Of a DNA stretch of 44,887 bases, positions 16,340-27,825 are shown in pieces. Location: positions 1-44,887 of the forward strand of contig JAFVXT010000074.1 of NCBI GenBank assembly GCA_017501005.1, in the 5' to 3' direction. Every line of letters begins with the position of its first letter. Positions within the stretch are counted from its first letter, which is position 1. A program made the translations under genes and the position numbers. The notes under the pieces were generated by a model that worked only from the letters and a program-made list of their open reading frames with translations, was not told the origin of the DNA and did not search any database. The DNA is from Clostridia bacterium. GTDB taxonomy: Bacteria; Bacillota; Clostridia; Oscillospirales; CAG-272.

Positions 16340-18775
16340 TTAGGAAGCCGCGCTCTCCTCTTCAAGATTTTTGTTTTCCATGGGCATCTCTTCCTCAATT
16401 TTGATGATGACGATGCTGCGGTCGTCTTCGCTTCCGCTTTTCTGGGCGGCGAGTGAAAGAATACGGTTGGCGGCCCTCTGCAAATCGCCCGTCAGCTCAT
16501 CGTGCAGGGCCTGCAAAAGCCACGGAAGCTCCTCCCCTTCGGGGGTAACGCCGTCCGAAAGCAGAACCACGATATCGCCGTCCTGAATCTCAAAGGAAAC
16601 AGATTCCCCCGCATAGTCCTTCAAAATGCCGATCGGCGGCGTTTTGGTGCGGATACGGAAAAGACTGTCGCCGCGTTTGACGTACGAGGGCACGGCCCCG
16701 CATTTGAGAAAAGAGGTTTGACCGCGCATGCAGTCAAGCGTGAAAAGATCAAGCGTTGCAGAGCTTTCGTCGCTCCGACCGCGCAACAGGTGGTGGAGCA
16801 TTTCCGCCGTGTGCGGCACGCTGCACCCTGCCGAAAGCATTTGCTCCAAAAAGATGCAGGAAAGGCGGGAGGCTCGCGCCGCACGGCGGCCGTTGCCCAT
16901 GCCGTCCGAAAGCAAGGCGTAAAAATCGTCGCGGCTGCTTTCAAACCAGGAAACCGCATCGCCCGAGACCTCCCCTTCACGGTAGGAAAGCACGGCCGAA
17001 ACCGCATGTGCGCGGAAGCGCGGTCTTGCACTTAAGCGCAGCGTGCCGACACGGTTGATCTCTTCAAAGCAGGGATCGGAAAACAAAAAATCCGATTCTT
17101 GCTCGCAAATGACACGAATCTCATCTACGGTATCGCCGAGGATCTCGATTGCGCGCGTCCCGACCGTCACCGACGGATGCTTTTCTCCGCGTACAAAAAC
17201 GGCGGCGTCGGCCAGCTGCGGCGAAAGCTCGGCCAGGCGTTTTTTGATTTTTTTGGCAAGCTCACCGTTTGGCGCGTCCTCCATACCGCTTGTCCGCGCT
17301 TCCTCCGAAAGCAAGCGCGACATCATCATATATTCGGCGGCAATCTGCGTGCTGTGCGCACTGCGCCGCTTGCCGCCGCACAAGACGGCTGCTTCGGTGC
17401 GAATGGCACGCAAAATGCGATTCTCCTCGGTACAGTACGCGGGGAAAAAGGTCACTTCCCCCACGCGCAGGGTACCGCTATGGCCGAGCTGCTCGGCAAT
17501 TCTGCCGATCGCGCTGACGCCCGGGCGCTCACCCTCCCAGCAAAGATCGCGGTTTTTGCACGAAGGACAGAATTTATTGCACACCTTATCGCAGACGGCA
17601 AAATAGTCGGCAACGTCGGGCAATTCTTCACTCTGCCCTTCGCGGCGAAAGCTATCCGAAACGGCGAGCAAGGCATCGCTGATCAGGTGCAATTGCCGTC
17701 CGTCATCACGCCGCCTTTGCATCACCCCCTCCGCCGCATAAGAAACGGCACGGTCGCAAGGCCCTTCCTCCGTCACCGAGTGCGGCACGCCCTCCTTGTT
17801 CATTTTGATATACAAGGGCCACGTCAGAAGCGAGACGATGCACGTTTCGGGAATGATGCCGAGCAAGCCAACGGCACCGCCGAAATAAGAGGCGCAAACG
17901 GTGGCACCGCCCACACCGAGCGTCAAGGCATAACCCGTACCGTAAGGAAAGAGCGCGCCTGCCCCCAAGCCGAGCAAGGCAAACACGGGCGCATAGGAAG
18001 GATATACGCTCAAGCCAAGCAGCATACCCGCCACGCAACCGCGCATAGCGCCCCACCGCCGCGCGATAAAGAGCGAAAAGAAGGCGGCGGCCATATAGCC
18101 GAGCGAAAGCCCGAAGAGGTGATAAAAGCAAAGCGCATAGGAAAACGCACAGCAAAGCGTGAGCATACCCACCTGCACGTAAAGAGGTGAAAGTCCCGCA
18201 TACTGTACCTCACCCGCGGCATACCGCCTTGTCCCCAGAAGATCGTCGGGACGAAGCTCGGCCGCGAAAACACCCGTAAACAAAGCGGCACAGATGGCAG
18301 GTGCCACCACGGAAGCCGCGGCATAAAGCAGTGCATAGGTAGTCAGACCCGCCGCCACAATCTGCCAGGTGCCCATACCGACACCGACCAAGATCACCGC
18401 CGTGATCTGCAGCTGCGGCAGCTCGTCGAAATAATGCTCGTCCTCATGCTTCGGGTGTGAAAACAGCAGCCGCAAAAGCATTAAAAGCACGTAGGAAAGC
18501 ATATGCACGAAGCCGTTGCGCCCCATGGTAAAGGCACCGACCGTTGCACCGAGCCAGACAGGCAAGGGATTGCCGCGCACCACCGCCAAAAGAGAAAGCG
18601 CCAAGGGATATGTTCCGAACACCACGTGCGCGCGCGCAAAAAGTCCTGCCATCACACCGAGGAAGGGCACGGCCAACATCGAAAGAAGACCCTTCCCCTC
18701 CTGCTTTTCAAAAAAAGCGGCAGAAAGTCCGTTCCTTCGCCCCACATCCCTTTCCTTTTCCCGTCTTTTATCCAT
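16340..18775 (-). CDS. spoIIE: Stage II sporulation protein E (membrane PP2C phosphatase)
   Basis: Multi-TM N-terminal half. The C-terminal PP2C domain reads SGDAVSWF..LLSDGMGNGRRAARAS.., ATLDLFTLD and DGDIVVLLSDGV. I chose the start MDKRREK (ATG 18775) behind AGGAGG. Confidence 0.9.
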   Translation of the reverse strand: MDKRREKERDVGRRNGLSAAFFEKQEGKGLLSMLAVPFLGVMAGLFARAHVVFGTYPLALSLLAVVRGNPLPVWLGATVGAFTMGRNGFVHMLSYVLLMLLRLLFSHPKHEDEHYFDELPQLQITAVILVGVGMGTWQIVAAGLTTYALLYAAASVVAPAICAALFTGVFAAELRPDDLLGTRRYAAGEVQYAGLSPLYVQVGMLTLCCAFSYALCFYHLFGLSLGYMAAAFFSLFIARRWGAMRGCVAGMLLGLSVYPSYAPVFALLGLGAGALFPYGTGYALTLGVGGATVCASYFGGAVGLLGIIPETCIVSLLTWPLYIKMNKEGVPHSVTEEGPCDRAVSYAAEGVMQRRRDDGRQLHLISDALLAVSDSFRREGQSEELPDVADYFAVCDKVCNKFCPSCKNRDLCWEGERPGVSAIGRIAEQLGHSGTLRVGEVTFFPAYCTEENRILRAIRTEAAVLCGGKRRSAHSTQIAAEYMMMSRLLSEEARTSGMEDAPNGELAKKIKKRLAELSPQLADAAVFVRGEKHPSVTVGTRAIEILGDTVDEIRVICEQESDFLFSDPCFEEINRVGTLRLSARPRFRAHAVSAVLSYREGEVSGDAVSWFESSRDDFYALLSDGMGNGRRAARASRLSCIFLEQMLSAGCSVPHTAEMLHHLLRGRSDESSATLDLFTLDCMRGQTSFLKCGAVPSYVKRGDSLFRIRTKTPPIGILKDYAGESVSFEIQDGDIVVLLSDGVTPEGEELPWLLQALHDELTGDLQRAANRILSLAAQKSGSEDDRSIVIIKIEEEMPMENKNLEEESAAS

Positions 18776-18932
18776 ACCAAATCCTCCTTCTTGACACGTC
18801 CGGGCATACACCGCGCACTTTCGTCACGTTTCGCCGCGTGATGCCTTCTGATACGTATTCAGTATAACACGCACACGAAGGAAAATTTTGTCAGAGTGTG
18901 AAAAAAATACAGACGACTTTTGTCTTTAAAAG

Positions 18933-18967
18933 GAAAAAGGGCGCACCTTGCGAAAAAAGCGCGCCCT
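18933..18967 (-). terminator. Second of two tandem terminators after ymdB
   Basis: Minus strand: AGGGCGC..loop..GCGCCCT followed by TTTTTCCTTTT. Confidence 0.5.
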
Positions 18968-18979
18968 CGCTCGCCGCCA

Positions 18980-19019
18980 AAGAAAAAGGAGCTTCGGTCG
19001 CCTAAAACCAAAGCTCCTT
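18980..19019 (-). terminator. Intrinsic terminator after rny-ymdB
   Basis: Minus strand: AAGGAGCTT (19019..19011), loop, AAGCTCCTT (18994..18986), followed by TTTTCTTT. Confidence 0.65.
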
Positions 19020-19025
19020 CTGCAA

Positions 19026-19802
19026 TTAAAATTTGATTCTTTCTATCGCCGTCACCCGCTTCGCGCTCGGATCCAAGGTGAAGATCACACCGTCGACCGA
19101 GACAGGGCCTTCTGCCGCTTCGTATTTTTTCGGCAGATGAAGCATACTGCGCTCAATAATCACGTCCGCGTTGATGCCAAGTACACCGCCCGTCGGGCCG
19201 CACATGCCGAGATCTGTCACAAAGCCCGTACCCTTGGGTAGAATCTGCAGATCGGCGGTCGGTACGTGCGTATGCGTGCCTGCAATGATCTGAATGCGTC
19301 CGTCAAAATAATGCGCGATCGCACCCTTTTCTCCTGCCGCCTCGGCATGAAAATCCAGGATCGCAAAATCATAATGTCCCTCTTCGCGGTCAAGCACGCG
19401 GTCGATGGCATAAAAGGGATTGTCAAGCGTGGGCTCCATATGCACGACACCCATCGCATTCAGGACAAGCACGCGATATCCCTGCGCATCTAAAACGGTA
19501 TAGCCGCGTCCGGGCACGGCGGCGGGATAATTAAGCGGACGGAGCATGCGGCTGTCATTTTCAAGAAATGAGTGGATAGACAGGCGTTGCATGGTATGAT
19601 TGCCGCCCGTCAAAACGTCCGCACCTGCCTCTAAAAGCGTTTCGGCCAGGATCTGATCCGCACCGCCGATAAAGGAGGCGTTCTCTGCATTGACCGCGAC
19701 AAAATCGATGCCGAGCCGTTTGCGCTCTTCCCACAAACGTTCTTTAAGATATTGGACGCCCGAAGGATCGGTGACGTCCCCCACCATCAGAATTTTCATC
19801 AT
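19026..19802 (-). CDS. ymdB: YmdB-type (TIGR00282-like) metallophosphoesterase
   Basis: KILMVGDV..GIDFVAVNAENA..GNH.. metallophosphoesterase motifs, plus the conserved position downstream of rny. Confidence 0.85.
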   Translation of the reverse strand: MMKILMVGDVTDPSGVQYLKERLWEERKRLGIDFVAVNAENASFIGGADQILAETLLEAGADVLTGGNHTMQRLSIHSFLENDSRMLRPLNYPAAVPGRGYTVLDAQGYRVLVLNAMGVVHMEPTLDNPFYAIDRVLDREEGHYDFAILDFHAEAAGEKGAIAHYFDGRIQIIAGTHTHVPTADLQILPKGTGFVTDLGMCGPTGGVLGINADVIIERSMLHLPKKYEAAEGPVSVDGVIFTLDPSAKRVTAIERIKF

Positions 19803-19860
19803 GTTACCTTTTCTATATAATGTCCTTTAAAGCGCATGGCATTCGCGCATACGAATTGAA

Positions 19861-19898
19861 CGGGCGGTCCGCCAAGGTAGCCGACCGCCCGATTTTTT
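19861..19898. other. GC-rich hairpin in the rny-ymdB intergenic region
   Basis: CGGGCGGTC (19861..19869) pairs with GACCGCCCG (19883..19891). The T6 tract is on the plus-strand side, so on the mRNA (minus) strand this is a hairpin without a strong U-tract. Confidence 0.4.
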
Positions 19899-19904
19899 GA
19901 AAAC

Positions 19905-21461
19905 TTATTTTGCGTAATCGACGCAACGGCTTTCGCGGATCATGTTGACCTTGATCTGACCGGGGTAATCAAGCTCACCCTCGATCTTCTTGGCGATCTC
20001 GCGCGCGAGGATCTTCATGCGGTCATCATCAACCGTTTCGGGCTTGACCACAACGCGGACCTCACGGCCTGCCTGAATGGCAAAGGTTTTTTCAACGCCG
20101 GGAAATTCACCCGCGATCTCTTCAAGCTTCTGCAAACGCTTGATGTAGTTTTCAACGTCTTCACGGCGCGCACCGGGACGTGCCGCAGAGATCGCATCAG
20201 CCGCCTGCACGATAAAGGCAATCGTGGTTTCGGGGTCTACATCGCCGTGATGCGCCTCGATGGCATGAATGATCTCTTTGTTTTCATGATATTTGCGTGC
20301 AACCTCTACACCGAGCTGAATGTGCGAGCCTTCAGCCTCCTGTGTCAAGGCCTTACCGATATCGTGCAGAAGTCCCGCACGCTTGGCCATGGTGCTGTCC
20401 ACGCCCATTTCATCGGCAAGAATGCCCGAAAGTAGCGATACCTCGATCGAGTGGCGCAAAACGTTCTGACCGTAGCTCGTTCTGAACTTCAAGCGGCCGA
20501 GCAAGCGGATCTCATCCACTGCCAAGCCGTGAACGCCTGTTTCAAAGACGGCTCTTTCGCCTGCCTGCTTGATGCTGTTTTCAACTTCCTTTTGTGCCTT
20601 CTCCACCATTTCTTCGATTCTGGCGGGGTGAATACGGCCGTCGGCAATCAGCTTTTCAAGTGCCAGACGCGCGGTTTCACGGCGGATCGGATCAAAGCCC
20701 GAGATGGTGATGACTTCAGGCGTATCGTCAATGATCAGCTCAACGCCCGTCAAATTCTCGATCGTGCGGATATTTCTACCCTCACGGCCGATGATTCTTC
20801 CCTTCATATCCTCGTTCGGCAGGCTCACCACCGAAATGGCGATCTCGCTGACGTGGTCGGCCGCACAACGCTGAATGGCAAGCGACAAAAGATTTCTTGC
20901 CTTTTCGTTTGCCTCTTCCTTGTACTGCTCCTCGTAAGCCGCCAAGCGAACTGCCGTATCGTGCGCGATTTCGCTTTCCACACGCGTGAGAAGCTCAGCC
21001 TTTGCTTCTGCCGAGGTCACACCCGAGATCTGCTCGAGAAGCTTGACCTGCTCGTGTACCTTTTCGTCTGCTTGACGGTAAAGTTCTTCAACGTCCTTTT
21101 GCTTGTCAAGCAAGGTCTGTTCTTTCTTTTCGATCACCTCGATCTTTGCATCGAGGGTTTCTTCCTTCTGGATGACACGCCGCTCGAGTCTTGACACTTC
21201 CTTACGGCGCTCTTTTGCCTCGTTTTCAGCTTCGTTTTTAATTTTCAAAGCATCTTCCTTGGCTTCAACCAAAAGCTCTTTCTTTTTGGTTTCCGCATCG
21301 CGAAGCGCACTTTCAACCACTTTGATGGCCTGTGCCTCGGCAGAGCCGATCTTCGCTTCCGCGGTTTTTCTACGGAATCCGTAACCAATGGCGAATCCAA
21401 TGATGCTCAAAAGCGCACCGACGACAATGGCTACGATAATCATCCAAAGTTCCAATTGCAT
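19905..21461 (-). CDS. rny: Ribonuclease Y
   Basis: N-terminal TM, a long coiled-coil, a KH domain ([12 protein letters not shown]) and an HD domain (LLHDIGKA). About 518 aa, typical of the family. Confidence 0.95.
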   Translation of the reverse strand: MQLELWMIIVAIVVGALLSIIGFAIGYGFRRKTAEAKIGSAEAQAIKVVESALRDAETKKKELLVEAKEDALKIKNEAENEAKERRKEVSRLERRVIQKEETLDAKIEVIEKKEQTLLDKQKDVEELYRQADEKVHEQVKLLEQISGVTSAEAKAELLTRVESEIAHDTAVRLAAYEEQYKEEANEKARNLLSLAIQRCAADHVSEIAISVVSLPNEDMKGRIIGREGRNIRTIENLTGVELIIDDTPEVITISGFDPIRRETARLALEKLIADGRIHPARIEEMVEKAQKEVENSIKQAGERAVFETGVHGLAVDEIRLLGRLKFRTSYGQNVLRHSIEVSLLSGILADEMGVDSTMAKRAGLLHDIGKALTQEAEGSHIQLGVEVARKYHENKEIIHAIEAHHGDVDPETTIAFIVQAADAISAARPGARREDVENYIKRLQKLEEIAGEFPGVEKTFAIQAGREVRVVVKPETVDDDRMKILAREIAKKIEGELDYPGQIKVNMIRESRCVDYAK

Positions 21462-21638
21462 AACTACACCTCCTTTTTCTTCTTGTTCGTCTTAAATCAT
21501 CTTTGGAAAGGGCGCGTGCCCTGCTAACATATACAAATGCAAAGGGTATACTGCTGTTTGGATTCTCTCGCGCCGACGTCGCCTTTTCGCATCTGCGCAC
21601 AAAAATAAACAATACCCCACTGTATCCATACAAAAATT

Positions 21639-21667
21639 ATTATAAACTATTTTTATGAAAATGTCAA
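21639..21667 (-). promoter_or_regulatory. Consensus sigma-A promoter for rny (implies a leader of about 170 nt)
   Basis: Minus strand: TTGACA (21667..21662), 17 nt, TATAAT (21644..21639). Confidence 0.6.
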
Positions 21668-21835
21668 GAGATTTGCAAGCATTCAGCGTTTTTTTCTCGC
21701 TTTTTTGCCCTTCGACAGGCTTTTTTCTTTTTCGCCCTCCCACGCTCCTTCAAAAAATGCCCGCTCCTCTTTGCTGTCAAAAAACGCTTTTTTGCCGAAT
21801 TAACAAAATATTCACAACTAAAAATGCGTTTTCGC

Positions 21836-21864
21836 TTGACATTTCGAGAAAAAAGTGATACATT
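21836..21864 (+). promoter_or_regulatory. Sigma-A promoter of the hrcA-grpE-dnaK-dnaJ operon
   Basis: TTGACA (21836..21841), 17 nt, TACATT (21859..21864) with an extended -10 TGa. It lies immediately upstream of CIRCE. Confidence 0.6.
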
Positions 21865-21874
21865 GATAACAGTG

Positions 21875-21901
21875 TTAGCACTCGCGATCAAAGAGTGCTA
21901 A
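21875..21901 (+). promoter_or_regulatory. CIRCE operator (HrcA binding site)
   Basis: TTAGCACTC-gcgatcaaa-GAGTGCTAA is a perfect match to the consensus TTAGCACTC-N9-GAGTGCTAA. It ends 41 nt upstream of the hrcA ATG. Confidence 0.95.
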
Positions 21902-21942
21902 CACCCGATACAATCATCTCTCTGAAAATCGAGGTGTTTCTT

Positions 21943-23016
21943 ATGGAAAACGATCGGTTAAGCGAGCGAAAAAAGTTGATTTTACAGGCAATCGTGGATG
22001 CACACATTTCCCACGGCGAGCCTGTCGGATCCAAAGCGCTTCTTGAAAACAAGCACTTGTCTTGCTCGTCTGCTACCATTCGCAACGAAATGGCGGAGCT
22101 TGAGGAGATGGGATATCTTGAACAGCCGCATACGTCGGCAGGGCGCGTACCGAGCGAGCTCGGCTACCGCTTTTACGTTGATTCCCTTCTGGAGCGCTAC
22201 CGTGCAACGACCGATGAGATCGACCGTCTAAACATGTCCTTGCAATCACGGCTGACAGAGCTTGATAACATTTTGAACGAAGCATCCCGTCTTGCCTCTT
22301 CGCTGACCAACTATGCCGCCATTGCCGTACGGCCGCGCGGCACGGGCATCACGGTCAGCCGCTTTGAAACCGTTTATTTGAGTGCAAGGGATTTTGTTCT
22401 CATCATGATCCTCGGCAGCGATACCGTCTGCAACCGCACCATCCGTCTGGCAACCGACATCACCGAAGACGAGCTGCGTCGGCTGACCTCCATCTTCAAT
22501 CTGATCATCGCCAACCGCACGGCTGACGAGATCAATCTGTCCATGATCTATGAGATCGAACGCCTGATGGGACGCGCCGCGCCAATCGTCAGTCCGCTTG
22601 TCAAGGTCGTTTACGACGCGATGAAGGGGACGGGCGAGGGCGACATCTCGGTGGAGGGTGTCAACAGACTGCTTGACTATCCCGAATTTTCCGATGCCAA
22701 GCAATTCCGCGACATTCTCTCTGTCATTGAAGAAAAAACGCCGCTTCTCAATATGATCCCAAGCACCCCCGACGACGACGTACACGTGTACATCGGCAGT
22801 GAGACGTCACTTGACGTCATGAACAATTCAACAGTCATCGTCCGTCAGATCCGCCAGGGAGACAACGTCCTCGGCACGATCGGCATCATCGGGCCCCGCC
22901 GCATGGACTATTCAAGAGTGATCGCCACGCTTGATTTCCTGGCGAACGGCATTTCGGGCATGCTTTCGGGCGGACCTGCCCCCATTTTACTGAAAGGACC
23001 GGATAACGAATCATGA
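21943..23016 (+). CDS. hrcA: Heat-inducible transcription repressor HrcA
   Basis: LSERKKLILQAIVDAHISHGEPVGSKAL, SSATIRNEMAELEEMGYLEQPHTSAGRVPS and GTIGIIGPRRMDY. The start ATG at 21943 follows GAGGTG. Confidence 0.93.
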   Translation: MENDRLSERKKLILQAIVDAHISHGEPVGSKALLENKHLSCSSATIRNEMAELEEMGYLEQPHTSAGRVPSELGYRFYVDSLLERYRATTDEIDRLNMSLQSRLTELDNILNEASRLASSLTNYAAIAVRPRGTGITVSRFETVYLSARDFVLIMILGSDTVCNRTIRLATDITEDELRRLTSIFNLIIANRTADEINLSMIYEIERLMGRAAPIVSPLVKVVYDAMKGTGEGDISVEGVNRLLDYPEFSDAKQFRDILSVIEEKTPLLNMIPSTPDDDVHVYIGSETSLDVMNNSTVIVRQIRQGDNVLGTIGIIGPRRMDYSRVIATLDFLANGISGMLSGGPAPILLKGPDNES

Positions 23017-23603
23017 GCGAAATCAAAAACGATACGCAAGCAGAAGAGACCGTCGAAAAGGAAGTCGGGCAACCGACCGAGACGGCCGAAAAGCAAGAAG
23101 AGCCGAAGAAGCCGAAAAAAGAAAAGGAAGACAAGAAGGCCAAGGCCGAACTTGCCGCCCTTCGCACCGAGCTCGAGGCGAAAGAAAAGGAGCTTTCCGA
23201 GGAAAAGGACAAATACCTTCGCTTGCTTGCGGAATACGACAACTTCCGCCGCCGCTCGCAAAAGGAGCGTGAGGGCATTTATACCGATGCCGTCAGCGAC
23301 TGCCTCGGCGAATTTCTTCCCTTGCTTGACAATCTCGGCCGTGCCGCCGAGGCATCGGGCGATGCCGAGCAGGTGCGCGTCGGGCTGGAGATGACCAAAA
23401 AATCCGCCGATGCCCTGCTTGAAAAAATGGGCGTTGAAGCGTTTGGCGAGGCGGGCGACACCTTTGATCCCCAGCTGCACAACGCCGTCATGCACGGTGA
23501 AGACGAAAGCCGCGGAGAAAACGAGATCAGCGACGTATTCCAGCGTGGCTACCGTCGCGGCGACCGTGTGATCCGCTATGCGATGGTCAAAGTCGTCAAC
23601 TGA
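23013..23603 (+). CDS. grpE: Nucleotide exchange factor GrpE
   Basis: Acidic/Lys-rich N-terminus, then LRLLAEYDNFRRRSQKE and FDPQLHNAV. Its ATGA overlaps the hrcA stop. Confidence 0.93.
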   Translation: MSEIKNDTQAEETVEKEVGQPTETAEKQEEPKKPKKEKEDKKAKAELAALRTELEAKEKELSEEKDKYLRLLAEYDNFRRRSQKEREGIYTDAVSDCLGEFLPLLDNLGRAAEASGDAEQVRVGLEMTKKSADALLEKMGVEAFGEAGDTFDPQLHNAVMHGEDESRGENEISDVFQRGYRRGDRVIRYAMVKVVN

Positions 23604-23646
23604 GAATAAAAAACAAAAAAATACCATATAAAACAAAAAAGATTAA

Positions 23647-25494
<1,848 letters not shown>

Positions 25495-25573
25495 GTAATA
25501 TTTTCATCAAGGGGGTTGCCGCGCCAAGCGTTTTTGCGCCGAAGCTGCGGCGCCCCTTTCAAGGGAGCATCCC

Positions 25574-26707
25574 ATGGCAGATAAACAAGATTATTATCAG
25601 GTATTAGGCATCGAAAAGAACGCGAGCGAGGACGATATCAAGCGCGCCTACCGCAAGCTTGCCAAGAAATACCATCCCGATATGAACCCGGGCAACGCAG
25701 AGGCCGAGCAAAAGTTCAAGGAAGTCAACGAAGCCTACGGTATTCTTTCAGATGCCGAAAAGCGCAGTCAGTACGACCGGTTCGGTCACGCGGCCTTCGA
25801 GTCGGGTGCAGGTGCGGGCGGTGCCGGCTTTGGCGGCTTCGGCGGCTTTGATTTCGGTGATATCTTCTCTTCCTTCTTTGGCGGCAGCAGCGGTGGCGGC
25901 GGTCGCAGAAACGGGCCGATTGACGGCGACGATATCGGCACGCGCATCTCGATCGACTTTACCGAGGCCGTGTTCGGCTGTAAAAAAGAGATTTCTTACG
26001 GACGCATTGAAAGCTGCGGTGACTGTAAGGGCTCGGGGGCTGCCTCCGGTACTGCGCCAGAACGCTGCTCCACGTGTAACGGCTCGGGGCAGGTCACGGT
26101 GCAGCAAAACACCATGTTCGGCATGATGCAATCCTCGCGTCCGTGCTCTGCATGTCGCGGCACGGGTAAGTTCATCAAAACGCCGTGTAAGAACTGCCGC
26201 GGTACGGGCAAGGTCAAGATCACCAAAAAGATCGAGTTTTCCGTGCCTGCGGGCATTGATGACGGCCAGAGAATCGCTCTGCGCGGCCAAGGCCATGCAG
26301 GAACGAACGGCGGTGCCTACGGCGATCTTTTCATCGAGGTGGCCATCCGTCCGCATCCCATCTTTGAGCGCCGCGGCAATCACGTTTTTTGCGAGATCCC
26401 CATCACCTTCACCGATGCGGCACTCGGCGCGGAGATCGACGTTCCGCTCCTTGACGGCAGTACCCAAAAATACAAGATCCCCGAGGGCACGCAAACAGGC
26501 ACGTCCTTCACGTTGCGCGGCAAAGGCATTCAATCGGTCAACAATCCTTCACGCAAGGGCGACTTGACCTTTACCGTAACCGTGGAGGTCCCGCGCAATC
26601 TGAATGCGGAGCAAAAGGATCTGCTCTCGCGCTTCGCCGCCTGCTGCGGTGACAGCAACAACACCAAAAAAAGCGGCTTTTTCAAAAAGCTTTTCAAGGA
26701 TAAGTAA
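25574..26707 (+). CDS. dnaJ: Molecular chaperone DnaJ
   Basis: J-domain with KKYHPD, a G/F-rich region, and four CxxCxGxG zinc-finger repeats. Confidence 0.97.
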   Translation: MADKQDYYQVLGIEKNASEDDIKRAYRKLAKKYHPDMNPGNAEAEQKFKEVNEAYGILSDAEKRSQYDRFGHAAFESGAGAGGAGFGGFGGFDFGDIFSSFFGGSSGGGGRRNGPIDGDDIGTRISIDFTEAVFGCKKEISYGRIESCGDCKGSGAASGTAPERCSTCNGSGQVTVQQNTMFGMMQSSRPCSACRGTGKFIKTPCKNCRGTGKVKITKKIEFSVPAGIDDGQRIALRGQGHAGTNGGAYGDLFIEVAIRPHPIFERRGNHVFCEIPITFTDAALGAEIDVPLLDGSTQKYKIPEGTQTGTSFTLRGKGIQSVNNPSRKGDLTFTVTVEVPRNLNAEQKDLLSRFAACCGDSNNTKKSGFFKKLFKDK

Positions 26708-26736
26708 TTTTCACGTTTGAGGGAAAGGAGCCACCG

Positions 26737-27399
26737 ATGAAGCATCTGCGCCGCACGCTCTCCTGCTTTCTCATACTCCTCGCCTGCCTCACCCTTGCGG
26801 CAGGTCTTTTCCCTGCGCACGTGCAGGCGGCAGAGGCGTCAAACGCGCCGATCCTTCTTGCGAGTGCGGAGAACGGCGAAGAAAAGCAAGGCTCCTTTTC
26901 CTACGTTTTGCTTTTGAGCGATCACACCATCGTTGCCGAGCTTCCCGTCAGGCTCTCACGCCAATCGGATACGGTTTCGATCGTGCCCGCACGTGATCTT
27001 CAGTGCTATCTTTCCTCAAGCGTCAACGTTGAGCGCGACATCACATTCAAATATCTCTGGGACGTGAAGGAGCTGCGCGCGCCCGTCAAGCTTTCTCAAA
27101 AGGTCGGCACGGTGCAGGCGTATCTCGGCGATACCTTGCTTGACGAAACCGATCTCGTCACCAATTACACCGTTTCGAAAAGCCTGCTTGCCGAGCTTTT
27201 CGAATACGCAAAATACATGTTCCTTCACCCCGTCACGCTCTTGCTGATTGCCCTTTTGCTCACCTTTTCCATACTGCGTCTTTTGCGAGGCGCACGCATG
27301 GCAAGTGCCGCCAAGGCGGGAAAGCTCGTGCCCAATGACGAGCTCGACACGAAAGACGGCGGTATCCCGTCCGAAGAATCCGATCAGTCGGAAAAGTGA
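26737..27399 (+). CDS. Hypothetical exported protein with a C-terminal TM anchor
   Basis: Signal peptide ending AHVQAAEA, a C-terminal TM segment (VTLLLIALLLTFSIL) and an acidic tail. SD AAAGGAG. No recognisable family. Confidence 0.55.
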   Translation: MKHLRRTLSCFLILLACLTLAAGLFPAHVQAAEASNAPILLASAENGEEKQGSFSYVLLLSDHTIVAELPVRLSRQSDTVSIVPARDLQCYLSSSVNVERDITFKYLWDVKELRAPVKLSQKVGTVQAYLGDTLLDETDLVTNYTVSKSLLAELFEYAKYMFLHPVTLLLIALLLTFSILRLLRGARMASAAKAGKLVPNDELDTKDGGIPSEESDQSEK

Positions 27400-27430
27400 T
27401 AAAGTCCGCCGCTTTTTTTCGAAAAAGGGC

Positions 27431-27459
27431 TTGACATCAGGCGGAAAAAGTGATATAAT
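27431..27459 (+). promoter_or_regulatory. Consensus sigma-A promoter driving the T-box leader
   Basis: TTGACA (27431..27436), 17 nt, TATAAT (27454..27459) with an extended -10 TGa. Confidence 0.7.
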
Positions 27460-27465
27460 ACGTCC

Positions 27466-27747
27466 ATCAAATGCGAAGAGCAGAAACCAGTAGGTTGGAA
27501 AGAACCTGGAGAGAGTTGCCGGTCGGTGCGAGGCAAAGGGGGCGTCCTTCTCGAATTCATTCTGTTAGCAGTGCGCTGAATAAGAGAAATCTTTAGTAGG
27601 ATGCAACGGGTGTTCCCGTCACAGAACTAAGGTATGTCCGTACCTGATAAGGCCGCTACCGTGAGATGGCGGCGAATTGAGGTGGTACCACGGGAATTTC
27701 TCGTCCTCTGAATTCTTTTTTCGGAATGCAGAGGGCGTTTTTATTTT
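27466..27747 (+). promoter_or_regulatory. T-box riboswitch leader (tRNA-sensing transcription attenuator), putative Phe (UUC) specifier
   Basis: Stem I elements: GCGAAGAG (K-turn-like), an AGTA S-turn, an AGAGAG bulge, and the distal hairpin TTGCC-GGTCGGTGCGA-GGCAA. GAA-TTC-A sits at 27553..27559 in the specifier-like position. The T-box sequence is AATTGAGGTGGTACCACGGG (27675..27694). The antiterminator is GAGG[TGGTACC]ACGGGA-att-TCTCGT-CCTC. The competing terminator is CGTCCTCTG (27702..27710) paired with CAGAGGGCG (27729..27737), followed by TTTTTATTTT. Confidence 0.8.
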
Positions 27748-27825
27748 CTCCCGCACTCCGAAGCAAGAAAAGCACAAAAGGCGTCCGATCAGAGGCGCAC
27801 AAACACAAAACGGAGGTAAACAACC

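Noticed and set aside
17099-18190. 363-aa plus-strand ORF, plus several other ORFs of 100-190 aa in 16371..18867
   Set aside because: All lie inside and antisense to, or out of frame with, spoIIE. Their Arg/Ala/Gly-rich translations carry no motifs.
18820-18894. spoIIE promoter with an over-long spacer (CTGACA-22 nt-TATACT) and a TGACGAA 0A-like box
   Set aside because: It recalls the unusual spacing of the B. subtilis spoIIE promoter. The hexamers are imperfect, however, and the 0A-like box would lie downstream of the predicted start site. This is speculative without TSS data.
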